Below the pieces are notes generated by a model that had not been told where the DNA came from, ran no database searches, and saw only the letters and a list, made by a program, of their open reading frames with translations. From positions 1-41,024 of the forward strand of contig JBDRPD010000046.1 in the NCBI GenBank assembly GCA_043827405.1: DNA of 41,024 nucleotides, written 5' to 3'. Every line of letters begins with the position of its first letter. The first letter of the stretch is position 1. Below, in pieces: positions 23,866 through 33,112 of the stretch. Made by a program: the position numbers and the translations under genes. The DNA is from Elusimicrobiota bacterium (GTDB lineage: Bacteria; Elusimicrobiota; Elusimicrobia; UBA1565).

Positions 23866-24405
23866 ATGACCGCGCGCCGCCGGAAGTGCAACGTCCTGTT
23901 GGGCGTGAGCGGCTCCATCGCGGCCTACAAGGCCTGCGTCATCGTGCGCGAGCTGGTCAAGGCGGGCGCCCAGGTGCGCTGCCTGACGACCGTCAACGGC
24001 GCGAAGTTCGTATCCCCGCTGACTTTGGCCGCGCTTTCACACAACCCCGTATGTCAGGACATGTTCGACCCCGCGCATTGGGAGATGGCGCATCTGGAGA
24101 CCGCGAGCTGGGCTGACCGGGTGCTCATCGCGCCGGCCACGGCCGATCTGATGTCGCGGCTTGCCGCCGGACGCGCCGGCGGAGTCATCGAAGCCGCCGT
24201 CCTGTCCGCGCGGGGGCCCGTATACGTGGCGCCGGCCATGGATACCGAGATGTGGCGGCATCCGGCGACGCAGGACAACGTCAAGCGGCTCAAGAAGTTC
24301 GGCTGCACCTTCCTCGGCCCCGTGCGGGGCGAGCTCGCCAGCGGGCGCACCGGCATGGGCCGCATGTTGGAGCCTGTCGAGATCGTCAAACGAGTCCTGC
24401 GGTGA
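23866..24405 (+). CDS. coaC: Phosphopantothenoylcysteine decarboxylase (stand-alone CoaC)
   Basis: LLGVSGSIAAYKA, IAPATAD, APAMDTEMWRHPATQDN, GELASG..GMGRM. Confidence 0.9.
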   Translation: MTARRRKCNVLLGVSGSIAAYKACVIVRELVKAGAQVRCLTTVNGAKFVSPLTLAALSHNPVCQDMFDPAHWEMAHLETASWADRVLIAPATADLMSRLAAGRAGGVIEAAVLSARGPVYVAPAMDTEMWRHPATQDNVKRLKKFGCTFLGPVRGELASGRTGMGRMLEPVEIVKRVLR

Positions 24406-25049
24406 GCTGGAAGGGCCGGAAGGTTGTTATCACCTCCGGTCCGACGCGCGAGTATCTCGATCCCGTCCGCTACCTGACAAACGCTTCGTCCGGTCGTATG
24501 GGCTTCGCTTTGGCGCGGGCCGCCCGCCGCCGCGGAGCGGACGTCGTTGTCATCAGCGGACCGGCGGCGGTGCCCGCGCCCAGGGGCGTACGCGTCGTTG
24601 CGGTGGTCACCGCGGAGCAGATGCGCCGGCAGACGCTGGCGCATTTCGCGGACGCCGATATCGTCATCGCCGCCGCCGCGGTAGGCGATTGGCGGCCGGT
24701 CAAGACGGCGACGCGCAAGCTCAAGAAGGACGGCCGGCCGCTGCGCCTGACGTTGGTCCCCACCGTCGATATCCTGGCCGAGCTGGGGCGGCGGCGCGGG
24801 AAGCGCCGGCGGCCGGTCCTGGTCGGCTTCGCGCTCGAAACGCATGACTGGATCGCGCGCGCGCGGGAAAAGATGCGCCGCAAAGGCGTCGATTTTATCG
24901 TCGCCAACAAGCATACGGCGCTGGCTTCGGCGACCACGCGCATCGCCGTGCTGGGCGGCGGCGGGGAGCGGCGCTGCCCGCCGCTGAGCAAGGAGCGCGC
25001 GGCCGCCGCGATACTGCGCCGCATCGAGGGAGCGCTGAGCGATGCGTAG
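24402..25049 (+). CDS. coaB: Phosphopantothenate--cysteine ligase (stand-alone CoaB)
   Basis: GTG 24402 (GTGA overlap); VVITSGPTREYLDPVRYLTNASSGRMG, AAAVGDWRP, KLKK, VGFALET, DFIVAN. Confidence 0.9.
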   Translation: MSWKGRKVVITSGPTREYLDPVRYLTNASSGRMGFALARAARRRGADVVVISGPAAVPAPRGVRVVAVVTAEQMRRQTLAHFADADIVIAAAAVGDWRPVKTATRKLKKDGRPLRLTLVPTVDILAELGRRRGKRRRPVLVGFALETHDWIARAREKMRRKGVDFIVANKHTALASATTRIAVLGGGGERRCPPLSKERAAAAILRRIEGALSDA

Positions 25050-25794
25050 CGAGCTCCGCGAGCTGGTGCGCGAACTGCGCGCGCGGGCGGAGCTGTTTGA
25101 TGACGACGACTGGTCCGTGATCCCCGCGCCGGCGGAGAGCGGCCGGCCGGCGGCCGCGGAGGGTACCGCGCCGGTCCCCGCCGCCGATGTGGACGTTCGG
25201 CTCAATGAGCTCGCCGCTCAGGTCGAATCCTGCCGCAAGTGCCCGCTCGGCGAGCAGCGTCTCCATCCCGCCTTCGGCGTCGGTTCGCCGCGCAGCGATG
25301 TGATGTTTATCGGCGAGGGCCCGGGCTACGAAGAGGACCGGCAGGGAGAGCCTTTCGTGGGCCCGGCCGGGCAGCTGCTGGACAAGATTCTCGCCGCCAT
25401 CGGGCTTTCCCGCGAAACGGTATACATCGCGAATATCGTAAAATGCCATCCGATGGTCGATCCCTCGCTTCCGGAAAAGCGCGGCAACGACCGGGCGCCG
25501 ACACCGGCGGAGATGAGCGAGTGCCGGGGCTACCTGGATGAGCAAATACGGCTTATTCGACCGCGCGTCATTGTGACGCTGGGCGGGGTGGCCAGTAAGA
25601 TGCTTATCGGCACGGAAACCGGGATTATGCGTCTGCGGGGCAAGTGGCATACGTACGGACCGGCGGATATCCCGCTGCTGCCGACATATCACCCGGCGGC
25701 GCTGCTGCGCAACCCCGAGTGGAAGCGGGACGTCTGGACGGATATGCAGAATTTGCGGCGCTTTTTGGAGAATCAAAATGAAGAACTCCCATAA
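25042..25794 (+). CDS. Uracil-DNA glycosylase family 4 (Fe-S)
   Basis: CRKCPL, FIGEGPG.EEDRQGEPFVGPAGQLL, YIANIVKC, PTYHPAALLRNP. Confidence 0.93.
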   Translation: MRSELRELVRELRARAELFDDDDWSVIPAPAESGRPAAAEGTAPVPAADVDVRLNELAAQVESCRKCPLGEQRLHPAFGVGSPRSDVMFIGEGPGYEEDRQGEPFVGPAGQLLDKILAAIGLSRETVYIANIVKCHPMVDPSLPEKRGNDRAPTPAEMSECRGYLDEQIRLIRPRVIVTLGGVASKMLIGTETGIMRLRGKWHTYGPADIPLLPTYHPAALLRNPEWKRDVWTDMQNLRRFLENQNEELP

Positions 25795-26536
25795 AGAAAA
25801 GGACCTCATCGATCGGGTGGAGGACTTCCTCAACGAAAAAAGAGAGCTGCTGGACCAGCTCGAGGAGTTCTACGAGAAGAAAGTCGAGGGCAAGGTCAGG
25901 AGAGGCTACGACAAGCTCGAACAGGTGCTTAAGAAGGAAATCCATATCGGCAACGGCAAGGGCGAACTTCTGGAATACGACGATGAGAGTCCGTTTTCCT
26001 ATATCGCCGCCTATGTCCGCGACAAGGGCGTCGCCGCGGTCATGCCCAGCTCCAAGTTCGTGATCCGGCGCGTTCTCAAGGCGATGAACCTGTCCAAGGT
26101 CCGCACCGTGGTGGAGTACGGCCCGGCCGAGGGCGTGATTACGCGCAAGATTCTATCCCAGCTGGGCGAAGACGGCGTCCTGGTGGCGATCGAGCGCAAT
26201 CCGAGCTTCATAAAGACGCTGAAGAGGAAGATCGACGATCCCCGGCTGCGCATCGTCAGCGGCAATGTCCTTGACGTGGACGCGATACTGACGTCGGAAG
26301 GGCTCGACGGCATGGATGTCGCGGTTTCCGGCATTCCCTTCAGCATGTTCAATCAGCGGGAGCGGCATCTCGTTTTGGAGAGCACGCTGCAGCGCCTGAA
26401 TCCCGGCGGGCGCTTTGTCGCCTACCAGTTCACAACGCATCTCATCCCGCTGCTGAAATGCTACTTCAAAAAGGTCGACATCCAGCTCGAGGTGCGGAAT
26501 ATCCCGCCCCACTTCGTCTTCACTTGTCATAAATAG
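25778..26536 (+). CDS. Class I SAM-dependent methyltransferase, PmtA/OlsG-like lipid N-methyltransferase
   Basis: AAVMPSSK, VVEYGPAEGVIT, VAIERNP.F, AVSGIPFS, GGRFVAYQ, RNIPP match phospholipid N-methyltransferase-like proteins. Confidence 0.75.
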   Translation: MKNSHKEKDLIDRVEDFLNEKRELLDQLEEFYEKKVEGKVRRGYDKLEQVLKKEIHIGNGKGELLEYDDESPFSYIAAYVRDKGVAAVMPSSKFVIRRVLKAMNLSKVRTVVEYGPAEGVITRKILSQLGEDGVLVAIERNPSFIKTLKRKIDDPRLRIVSGNVLDVDAILTSEGLDGMDVAVSGIPFSMFNQRERHLVLESTLQRLNPGGRFVAYQFTTHLIPLLKCYFKKVDIQLEVRNIPPHFVFTCHK

Positions 26537-26552
26537 CCCGGGAGACTGCGCG

Positions 26553-28580
26553 ATGCGCATCGCTGAAGTCGCCTATCCTCTTCCGCTGCACCGAACGTTC
26601 GACTACTCGGTCTCCCCGGAGCTGGCGTCGGAAGTCGTGCCGGGCGTCCGCGTGCGGGCCCCTTTCGGTCCCCGCGCGACGAAGGAGGGGCTGGTCCTGG
26701 CGGTGCGCGACGGGACTTCCAAATTCAAGGTCAAGCCGGTGACCAGGGTGCTCGATCCCCAGCCGCTGCTGAGCGCGGAGCTGATCGGCTTGGCGCGCTG
26801 GCTGGCGGAGCGCTACTGCGCGCCGATCGGAGAATGTCTCAAGATCATGATCCCGGCGAACCTGCGCGACGCGCGCCGGGGGATCAGCACCGATGCGGCC
26901 GCCGCTGATTGGGCCGCGGTCGAAGTCGGGAAAGCTCCGGCGGCGACCTTCACGCTGACCCCCGACCAGAACAAGGCCCTGTGCCGGGTCAGCGACAAAC
27001 TCAAGCAGCATGTCTTCTCGTCAAGCCTCCTCTTCGGCGTTCCCGCGTCGGGAAAAACCGAAGTCTATATCCGTCTCATCCGGCAGGCCGTGGAGCGGGG
27101 CGGCCAGGCGCTGTTTCTCGTGCCGGAGATTACTTTGACGCGGCCTTTCTTCGAGGAGTTTCAAGCCTCGATCGGATTCCCGGTAGCGCTGTGGCACAGC
27201 CAGATCGGCGCCCGCCGCAAGAGGTCCGTATGGCTGGGTCTCAAGTCCGGCGTCGTGCGCGTCGTCGTGGGCGCGCGCTCAGCCAGCCTGCTGCCGTTTA
27301 AGGACTTGCGGCTGGTGGTGATGGATGAGGAGCAGGACGAATCCTACAAGCAGGACGGCCAGGTCCCCTACTACCATGCCCGCGACGTGGCGCTGACGCG
27401 CGCGCGGGCTTTCCAATGCGCCGTTGTGCTCGGCAGCGCGACGCCGTCGATCGAGGCTTTCGCGCAGCAGCAGGTCTCCGGCCTCGAGATCCTGCGCCTC
27501 GACAGCCGCACCGCCAAGACCGAGGCCCCGCAGATCAGCATTCTGGAGCGGCCGCCCGAGCACTACGGCGGCTGCCTTACCGATGAGCTGCTGGAGCGCA
27601 CCCGGCGCTGTCTTGAGCGCGGCGAGCAAAGCATCATGCTGGTTAACCGCCGCGGCTACTCCAATTTCGTCATGTGCCGCCGCTGCGGCTGGGTGGCGCG
27701 CTGTTCCGACTGCAGCGTCGCCTACATCCACCATAAGTCCGGCGGCGGAGAGCTGTTCGGCGACTCGTACCTGCTGTGTCATCATTGCGGCAAGCGCAGC
27801 GAACGGCCGACGGCCTGCGGGAAGTGCGGCAAGAGCGAGTTCCGCTACGCCGGGATCGGCACGCAGAAGGTCGTCGAGGAGCTCAAGGCGCGGCTTCCCG
27901 CCGCCCGCGTTATGCGCATGGATCGCGATACCGTGGCCAAAGAGAAGATCGAGGACGAGGAGAGCATCTACGCCGACTTCCTGGCGCGGAAGGCCGACAT
28001 CCTCGTCGGAACCAAGCTGGTCGCCAAGGGGTTCCATTTTCCCAGCGTGACTCTGGTCGGAGTCGTCGACGCCGATACGATGCTGAACATGCCCGACTTT
28101 CGGGCCGCCGAGCGCACCGTGCAGCTGCTGGTGCAGGCGGCCGGCCGCGCCGGACGGGCGGAGAAGCCGGGACAGGTGCTGCTGCAGACGGCGCAGACGA
28201 CGCATTACGCGATTCAGGCGGTAGCCCGCGGCGATTACGGCCAGTTCGCCCGCCAGGAGATGGGTTTGCGCAAGGAGCTGTTTTACCCCCCCTACTCTAC
28301 GCTCGTGCGGGTCGTTTTTCAAGGCAAGAAGGAAGATGCCGTGCTCAAAGCCTGCGCCGCGGCCGCCAAGGAGCTGCGCGGGAAGCTCGATGCGAAAGAT
28401 GAGATACTGGGCCCGGCGCCCGGCGTGCATGCGATGCTGCAGGGCAGCTACCGCTTTCACCTGCTGCTTAAGGTGATGCAGGTCGGCCGGCTGGCTCCGG
28501 CGCTGCTGACGGTGCGGGGGCTCACGCTTCCGTCAACGGTGCGCATTAAGGTCAACGTTGATCCCTATGATTTCTTTTGA
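26553..28580 (+). CDS. priA: Primosomal protein N' (replication restart helicase)
   Basis: FDY..P, RVRAPFG, SGKTEVY, LVPEI, GARSA, GSATPS.E, NRRGY, four CxxC pairs, ILVGT..VAKG.HFP, AGRAGR, NVDP. Confidence 0.95.
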   Translation: MRIAEVAYPLPLHRTFDYSVSPELASEVVPGVRVRAPFGPRATKEGLVLAVRDGTSKFKVKPVTRVLDPQPLLSAELIGLARWLAERYCAPIGECLKIMIPANLRDARRGISTDAAAADWAAVEVGKAPAATFTLTPDQNKALCRVSDKLKQHVFSSSLLFGVPASGKTEVYIRLIRQAVERGGQALFLVPEITLTRPFFEEFQASIGFPVALWHSQIGARRKRSVWLGLKSGVVRVVVGARSASLLPFKDLRLVVMDEEQDESYKQDGQVPYYHARDVALTRARAFQCAVVLGSATPSIEAFAQQQVSGLEILRLDSRTAKTEAPQISILERPPEHYGGCLTDELLERTRRCLERGEQSIMLVNRRGYSNFVMCRRCGWVARCSDCSVAYIHHKSGGGELFGDSYLLCHHCGKRSERPTACGKCGKSEFRYAGIGTQKVVEELKARLPAARVMRMDRDTVAKEKIEDEESIYADFLARKADILVGTKLVAKGFHFPSVTLVGVVDADTMLNMPDFRAAERTVQLLVQAAGRAGRAEKPGQVLLQTAQTTHYAIQAVARGDYGQFARQEMGLRKELFYPPYSTLVRVVFQGKKEDAVLKACAAAAKELRGKLDAKDEILGPAPGVHAMLQGSYRFHLLLKVMQVGRLAPALLTVRGLTLPSTVRIKVNVDPYDFF

Positions 28581-30840
28581 GGAACGCCGCGCTCCGTTGG
28601 CGGGCTGGGCCGCCTGCGGCCTGGCTCTTTTCGGCGTCTATTTGTACACCGCCTACCCCACCCTGTCGGCCTACCGCGACTCCGGCGATATGGCCGCCGC
28701 CGGCCTGACCTTGGGGGTGGCGCATCCGCCCGGCTATCCCCTCTACCTGCTGCTCTCCCATCTTTGGGTGAAGCTGCTGCCCCTGGGCAGCGTCGCCTAC
28801 CGCCTCAACATCCTCAGCGCCCTGACCGGCGCGGCGGCCTGCTGCCTGGCCGCCTTCGTCGTGTGGTCCGTCCCGGATGAGCGGCCGGGCGCACCGACGC
28901 GCCTCAGCGCCGAAGCCGGTTCGCTGACGGCGTTCCTGCTGCTGGCGCTGTCTCCGGCATATTGGCATCTTTCCTTGGTCAGCGAGATGTACAGCCTCAA
29001 TACCCTGGTCGCCGCCGCTATCCTGGCGCTGATGCTGGCCGCCGACGGCGGCCCGCTCCGGCACCGGCGCTGCATATATGCCGGCGCGCTGCTTTTTGGG
29101 TTGGGGCTCGGCAACCATCAGACCTTGCTCGCGGCGCTGCCGGGATATCTGTGGATCGCGCGCGGGGAGCTGTTCGGCCGGGCCGGCCTGTTCGGGCGGC
29201 GCTTCTGGCGCGAGCGCCTGCCGGCGCTGCTGCTGTTCACCCTATTGGGCTTCGCGCTGTACGCCTACCTGCCGCTGCGCTCGGCGGCCGAGCCGGTGAT
29301 CGACTGGGGTGAGCCCGAGACGCTGCGCAATTTTTGGCGCATGCTGACGCGGGCCGATCTCGGCGGGGTGCGCCTGCATCCCGAGCAGCCTTTCGGCCTG
29401 ACCGACCCGAAGCAGTGGCTGGCCGGCCTCCTCTATACGGGGCGCCTGCTGGGCGCGGAACTCGGCTGGCCGGGCGTCTTGCTGGCGCTGTGGGGGATCT
29501 GGTGCGGCCGCCGCCGCCGGCTGGTGCAGGGCTGCCTGCTCGCCTTCGCCGCCTCCGGGCCGCTGTTTATTATCTGGGCCAATCTCGATCCCGCCCTGCC
29601 GGAAACCCAGCCCATCATCGAGCCGCATCTGGTTTTGCCGATCCTGTTCGCGGGCGTGATCGCCGGCTGGGGTGCGCGAGACCTCTGCGCCCGGCTCATG
29701 CGGCGACAGCCCCGGCAGGGGCCGGCGGCGCTGCTGCTGGCGCTCGCCGCGGCGCTGGCCTTCACCCATCGCGGCAGCGCCGCGCTGCGCCTGACCTACC
29801 GCGGCGACTTTTCGGCATGGGACTACGGGAAGGCCCTGCACGCCTCCATGGGTTCCGGGGCCCTGCTGCTCGATCCCGACGATCCGACCGCTTTCGCGCT
29901 CAGCTACATGAAGCACGCGCATGGGCTGCGGCCCGATATCATCCCCCTGCTGTACTTCCGTACCTGGTGGGGCTACGCGCAGCTCAAGCGCCGCCATCCC
30001 GAGCTGCTGCCGCAGTGGGAGATGCGCTCCGGCCAGGAGCTGCTGGGGACCTTGGTGTCGCGCAGCCTCGGCGCGGGCCGGGAGCTGGTCGTCGATCTTC
30101 CGCAGAAGGTTCCGCCCGGGGTGTTCAGCTTCCCGCTGGGCATCGTTTACCGGGTGCTGGCGCAGCCGCCCGGCCCGGAGCAAAGGCTGGAGCTTTTCCG
30201 GCGCTCGGAACGCGCCCGGCATCTGCTGCGCATCCGCAGCGCGCCTCCCGGAGCCGGCTTCTTTACCCGGCACACGATAGACTACTGGGCGAGCGCGCTT
30301 AACAATCTCGCGATTGAGGCGAGCGGACTGGGCCGGCGTGACGAGGCGGTGAGCCTATACATGCGGGCGCTCGCGGTCTCGCCGCGGCTGGCCGAATCGT
30401 GGAACAATATGGGCAACGCCCTGCTCGCGCAGCGGCGCTACGCGGCCGCCGAGGGCTGCTACCTGCTGTCGCTGCGCTATAAGCCGGCGCCGCCGGTTAT
30501 CTACAACCTGGGCCGCGTCTATCTGCTGGCGCAGCGCTACGGCGAGGCGGAGAAGACGCTGCTGCGGGCGATCGCCGCCGGCGGCCCGCGCGAGGCGCGC
30601 AACGACCTGGCGCTGGTCTATCTGCGCACCGACCGGGCGCAGAAGAGCGTCGACGTATGGAAGAAGCTGCTGGACGAGGACCCCTACTACCTGCTGTCCT
30701 ACTACAACCTGGGGCTGGCCTATCAGCAGCTGGGACGCAAGGACGACGCGATCGCCGCCGTATCCGCCTATGCCCAGCTCGCCGCCGATCCCCAGGAACG
30801 GCACGACGCCCGCGCCTGGCTGATCCGACTCAAGAAATAG
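28567..30840 (+). CDS. DUF2723/TMEM260-like GT-C glycosyltransferase with TPRs (copy 3)
   Basis: YRDSGD....TLGVAHPPGYPLY, SEMYSLN, GNHQT, YLPLRS, DWGEP; several C-terminal TPRs (NNLA, WNNMG, YNLG). Confidence 0.85.
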   Translation: MISFEERRAPLAGWAACGLALFGVYLYTAYPTLSAYRDSGDMAAAGLTLGVAHPPGYPLYLLLSHLWVKLLPLGSVAYRLNILSALTGAAACCLAAFVVWSVPDERPGAPTRLSAEAGSLTAFLLLALSPAYWHLSLVSEMYSLNTLVAAAILALMLAADGGPLRHRRCIYAGALLFGLGLGNHQTLLAALPGYLWIARGELFGRAGLFGRRFWRERLPALLLFTLLGFALYAYLPLRSAAEPVIDWGEPETLRNFWRMLTRADLGGVRLHPEQPFGLTDPKQWLAGLLYTGRLLGAELGWPGVLLALWGIWCGRRRRLVQGCLLAFAASGPLFIIWANLDPALPETQPIIEPHLVLPILFAGVIAGWGARDLCARLMRRQPRQGPAALLLALAAALAFTHRGSAALRLTYRGDFSAWDYGKALHASMGSGALLLDPDDPTAFALSYMKHAHGLRPDIIPLLYFRTWWGYAQLKRRHPELLPQWEMRSGQELLGTLVSRSLGAGRELVVDLPQKVPPGVFSFPLGIVYRVLAQPPGPEQRLELFRRSERARHLLRIRSAPPGAGFFTRHTIDYWASALNNLAIEASGLGRRDEAVSLYMRALAVSPRLAESWNNMGNALLAQRRYAAAEGCYLLSLRYKPAPPVIYNLGRVYLLAQRYGEAEKTLLRAIAAGGPREARNDLALVYLRTDRAQKSVDVWKKLLDEDPYYLLSYYNLGLAYQQLGRKDDAIAAVSAYAQLAADPQERHDARAWLIRLKK

Positions 30841-30852
30841 TATCATCGCGCG

Positions 30853-32034
30853 ATGCAGGAGCTGGAGACGCTCAAACGCGGCCTCGTGGACCTGGTGAGC
30901 GGCGAAGAGCTGGCGAAAAAGCTCGCCGCTGGGCGGAAGCTGCGCGTCAAGCTCGGGGTGGACCCCACCACGCCGGACCTGCATGTCGGCCATACGGTCG
31001 TACTGCAGAAGCTGCGGGCCTTTCAAGACCTCGGCCATACGGCGGTGCTCATTATCGGCGACTTCACCACCCGGGTCGGCGACCCCTCCGGCCGCGACTC
31101 CACGCGCCCCAGGCTCACGGTCGAACAGATCGCGGCCAACGCCAAGACCTACGAGGAGCAGGCGTATAAGGTCCTTGATCCGGACCAGACCGAGATCGTG
31201 CGCAACTCCGACTGGCTCGAGCCCTTCATCCGTGAAGGCCTGCTGCCGGCGATGCAGCGCCATACCGTGCAGCAGCTGCTGGCGCGCGAGGACTTCCAAA
31301 ACCGGCTGCAGGCGAACAATCCCATCACTTTGCTGGAAATCCTCTACCCCCTGCTGCAGGGACAAGACTCGGTGGCGGTCAAGGCGGATGTCGAGCTCGG
31401 CGGGACCGATCAGATTTTCAACCTCCTCATGGGCCGGACCATGCAGAAGAACGCGGGGCAGGAGCCGCAGGTGGTGATGACGCTGCCCCTGCTGGTCGGA
31501 CTCGACGGCAGCAGAAAGATGTCCAAGTCCTACGGCAACCATATCGGCATCGGCGAGCCGGCGCGCGAGATCTTCGGCAAGGTTATGAAAATATCGGACG
31601 AGCAGATGCGCGGCTGGTACGAGCTCCTGACCGCCGAAGACCTTGAGGCCATGGGCCGCAAGCATCCGATGGAGGCCAAGAAAGAGCTGGCGCAGCTCTT
31701 GACGGCGCGCTTTCACGGCGCCGAGGCCGGCCGGGCCGAGCGGGAATTTTTTGCCGCGACGTTCTCCAAGCGCCAGGCGCCCGCGGACGTGCGCCAACTG
31801 GCCCTGGCGGAGCCGGACAAAGCGCTGACCTGGAGCGCCTATCTCCTGAAGATCGGCGCCGCCAAGTCGCGCAAGGAAGCCGTCCGGCTGCTCCAGCAGG
31901 GCGCGGTGCGCGTCGACGACGTCAAGATCGTGAGCGACGCTCCGCTCGCGGAGCATCTCGGCGCACGAAAAAGCGGAACGACGGCCGCGCTCAAGGTCGG
32001 CAAACACAAGTTTTTCCAGTTCCGCTTCGAATAG
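30853..32034 (+). CDS. tyrS: Tyrosine--tRNA ligase
   Basis: KLGVDPT.PDLHVGH, IGDFT..VGDPSG, YPLLQG.DS, ELGGTDQ.FN, KMSKS, C-terminal S4 domain. Confidence 0.97.
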   Translation: MQELETLKRGLVDLVSGEELAKKLAAGRKLRVKLGVDPTTPDLHVGHTVVLQKLRAFQDLGHTAVLIIGDFTTRVGDPSGRDSTRPRLTVEQIAANAKTYEEQAYKVLDPDQTEIVRNSDWLEPFIREGLLPAMQRHTVQQLLAREDFQNRLQANNPITLLEILYPLLQGQDSVAVKADVELGGTDQIFNLLMGRTMQKNAGQEPQVVMTLPLLVGLDGSRKMSKSYGNHIGIGEPAREIFGKVMKISDEQMRGWYELLTAEDLEAMGRKHPMEAKKELAQLLTARFHGAEAGRAEREFFAATFSKRQAPADVRQLALAEPDKALTWSAYLLKIGAAKSRKEAVRLLQQGAVRVDDVKIVSDAPLAEHLGARKSGTTAALKVGKHKFFQFRFE

Positions 32035-32056
32035 GACGCAGCCGCGGAGGCCGTTT

Positions 32057-33112
32057 ATGCGCATTCTGACCCTACTGCTCAGCGCCGTCATACTCCTGCC
32101 GGGCGCGGCGCGCGCGCAGGAAGCCGAGGCGCCGTCCGAGGATGGCGGCTTTGCAGCCCGCATCACCGAGCTCACAGGCGAGGTCTACCTCTTCCACCAG
32201 GACGAAGAGGAGGGCTATCCGGCCGAAGCCGGCGCGCCGGTGGAGCCGGGCGACCGCATCGAAACGCGCGGCGGCGCAAGCGCCGAGGTCGCGCTCGAGG
32301 CCGACAGCGTGCTGGAGCTCGGCGCCAATACCGTTTTTACCATCGACTCCCTGGAGAAGGAAAAGTCCGTTTTCGCGCTGGCGCTGGGATCCATGGTGGC
32401 CAAGTTCCGCGCTTTTGTGCGCCGCAACCGCGGCTACCAGGTTCTGACGCCGACCGCGGTGGCCGCGGTGCGCGGTACCGAGTTCGGCGTGGAGGTCGGC
32501 GACGACGGCGGAACTTCCGTCGGCGTGTTCGATGAGGGCGAGGTGGCGGTGACCACCACCGACGAAGCGGTCGAGGAAACGGTGCTCAAGGCGCAGGAGG
32601 AGGTCGCCGTCGGCCGCCGGGCGCTCGACACCGAGGAAGTCGACGGCCGGCGCCGGCTGCGCAAGGGCAAGCTCCGGCAGCTGCAAGCCCGCCGCCAGCG
32701 GATGCAGGCCCTGCGCGCCCGCCGCGGCCAGCTGCGCAAGACCTGGCAGCGCCTGTCGCCGGAGCTGCGGCGCGAGCTGCGGCAGAAGATGCGTGAGCGC
32801 CATCAAGCGCGCCTGCAGAAGATGCCCAAGAAGAAGCGGCTGGCGCTGCGCCAGCGGATGCGCCGCGTCGCCCTGAAGAATAAGGTGGATCGCGGGCGCC
32901 ATCAGGCCATCCGCCGGAAGCTGCGGCAGAAAATGGACGAGCCGGGCCGCCGCGGCCGGAACATGCGGCGCCAGGGACGGGAGCGCTATCGCGATATGTC
33001 GCCGGAGCAGAAGCGGGAAGTGCGCAAGAAGGTGCGGCAGCAGCGGCAGAACAAGCGGCAGCAGCGACCGGATCAGAAGCCGGACCGCCGGGGCGGCGGC
33101 AAGAAGCGCTAG
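32057..33112 (+). CDS. Exported FecR-domain protein with Arg-rich helical C-terminus
   Basis: Signal peptide, GDRIET...A.V, TPTAVAAVRGTEFGV, V.VFDEGEV; SD GGAGG. Confidence 0.8.
   Translation: MRILTLLLSAVILLPGAARAQEAEAPSEDGGFAARITELTGEVYLFHQDEEEGYPAEAGAPVEPGDRIETRGGASAEVALEADSVLELGANTVFTIDSLEKEKSVFALALGSMVAKFRAFVRRNRGYQVLTPTAVAAVRGTEFGVEVGDDGGTSVGVFDEGEVAVTTTDEAVEETVLKAQEEVAVGRRALDTEEVDGRRRLRKGKLRQLQARRQRMQALRARRGQLRKTWQRLSPELRRELRQKMRERHQARLQKMPKKKRLALRQRMRRVALKNKVDRGRHQAIRRKLRQKMDEPGRRGRNMRRQGRERYRDMSPEQKREVRKKVRQQRQNKRQQRPDQKPDRRGGGKKR

Noticed and set aside
103..33112. Genome-wide TAG reassignment
   Set aside because: Many conserved genes (tyrS, rpsO, cinA, ftsK) end with TAG at the expected C-terminus; only one internal TAG was found.
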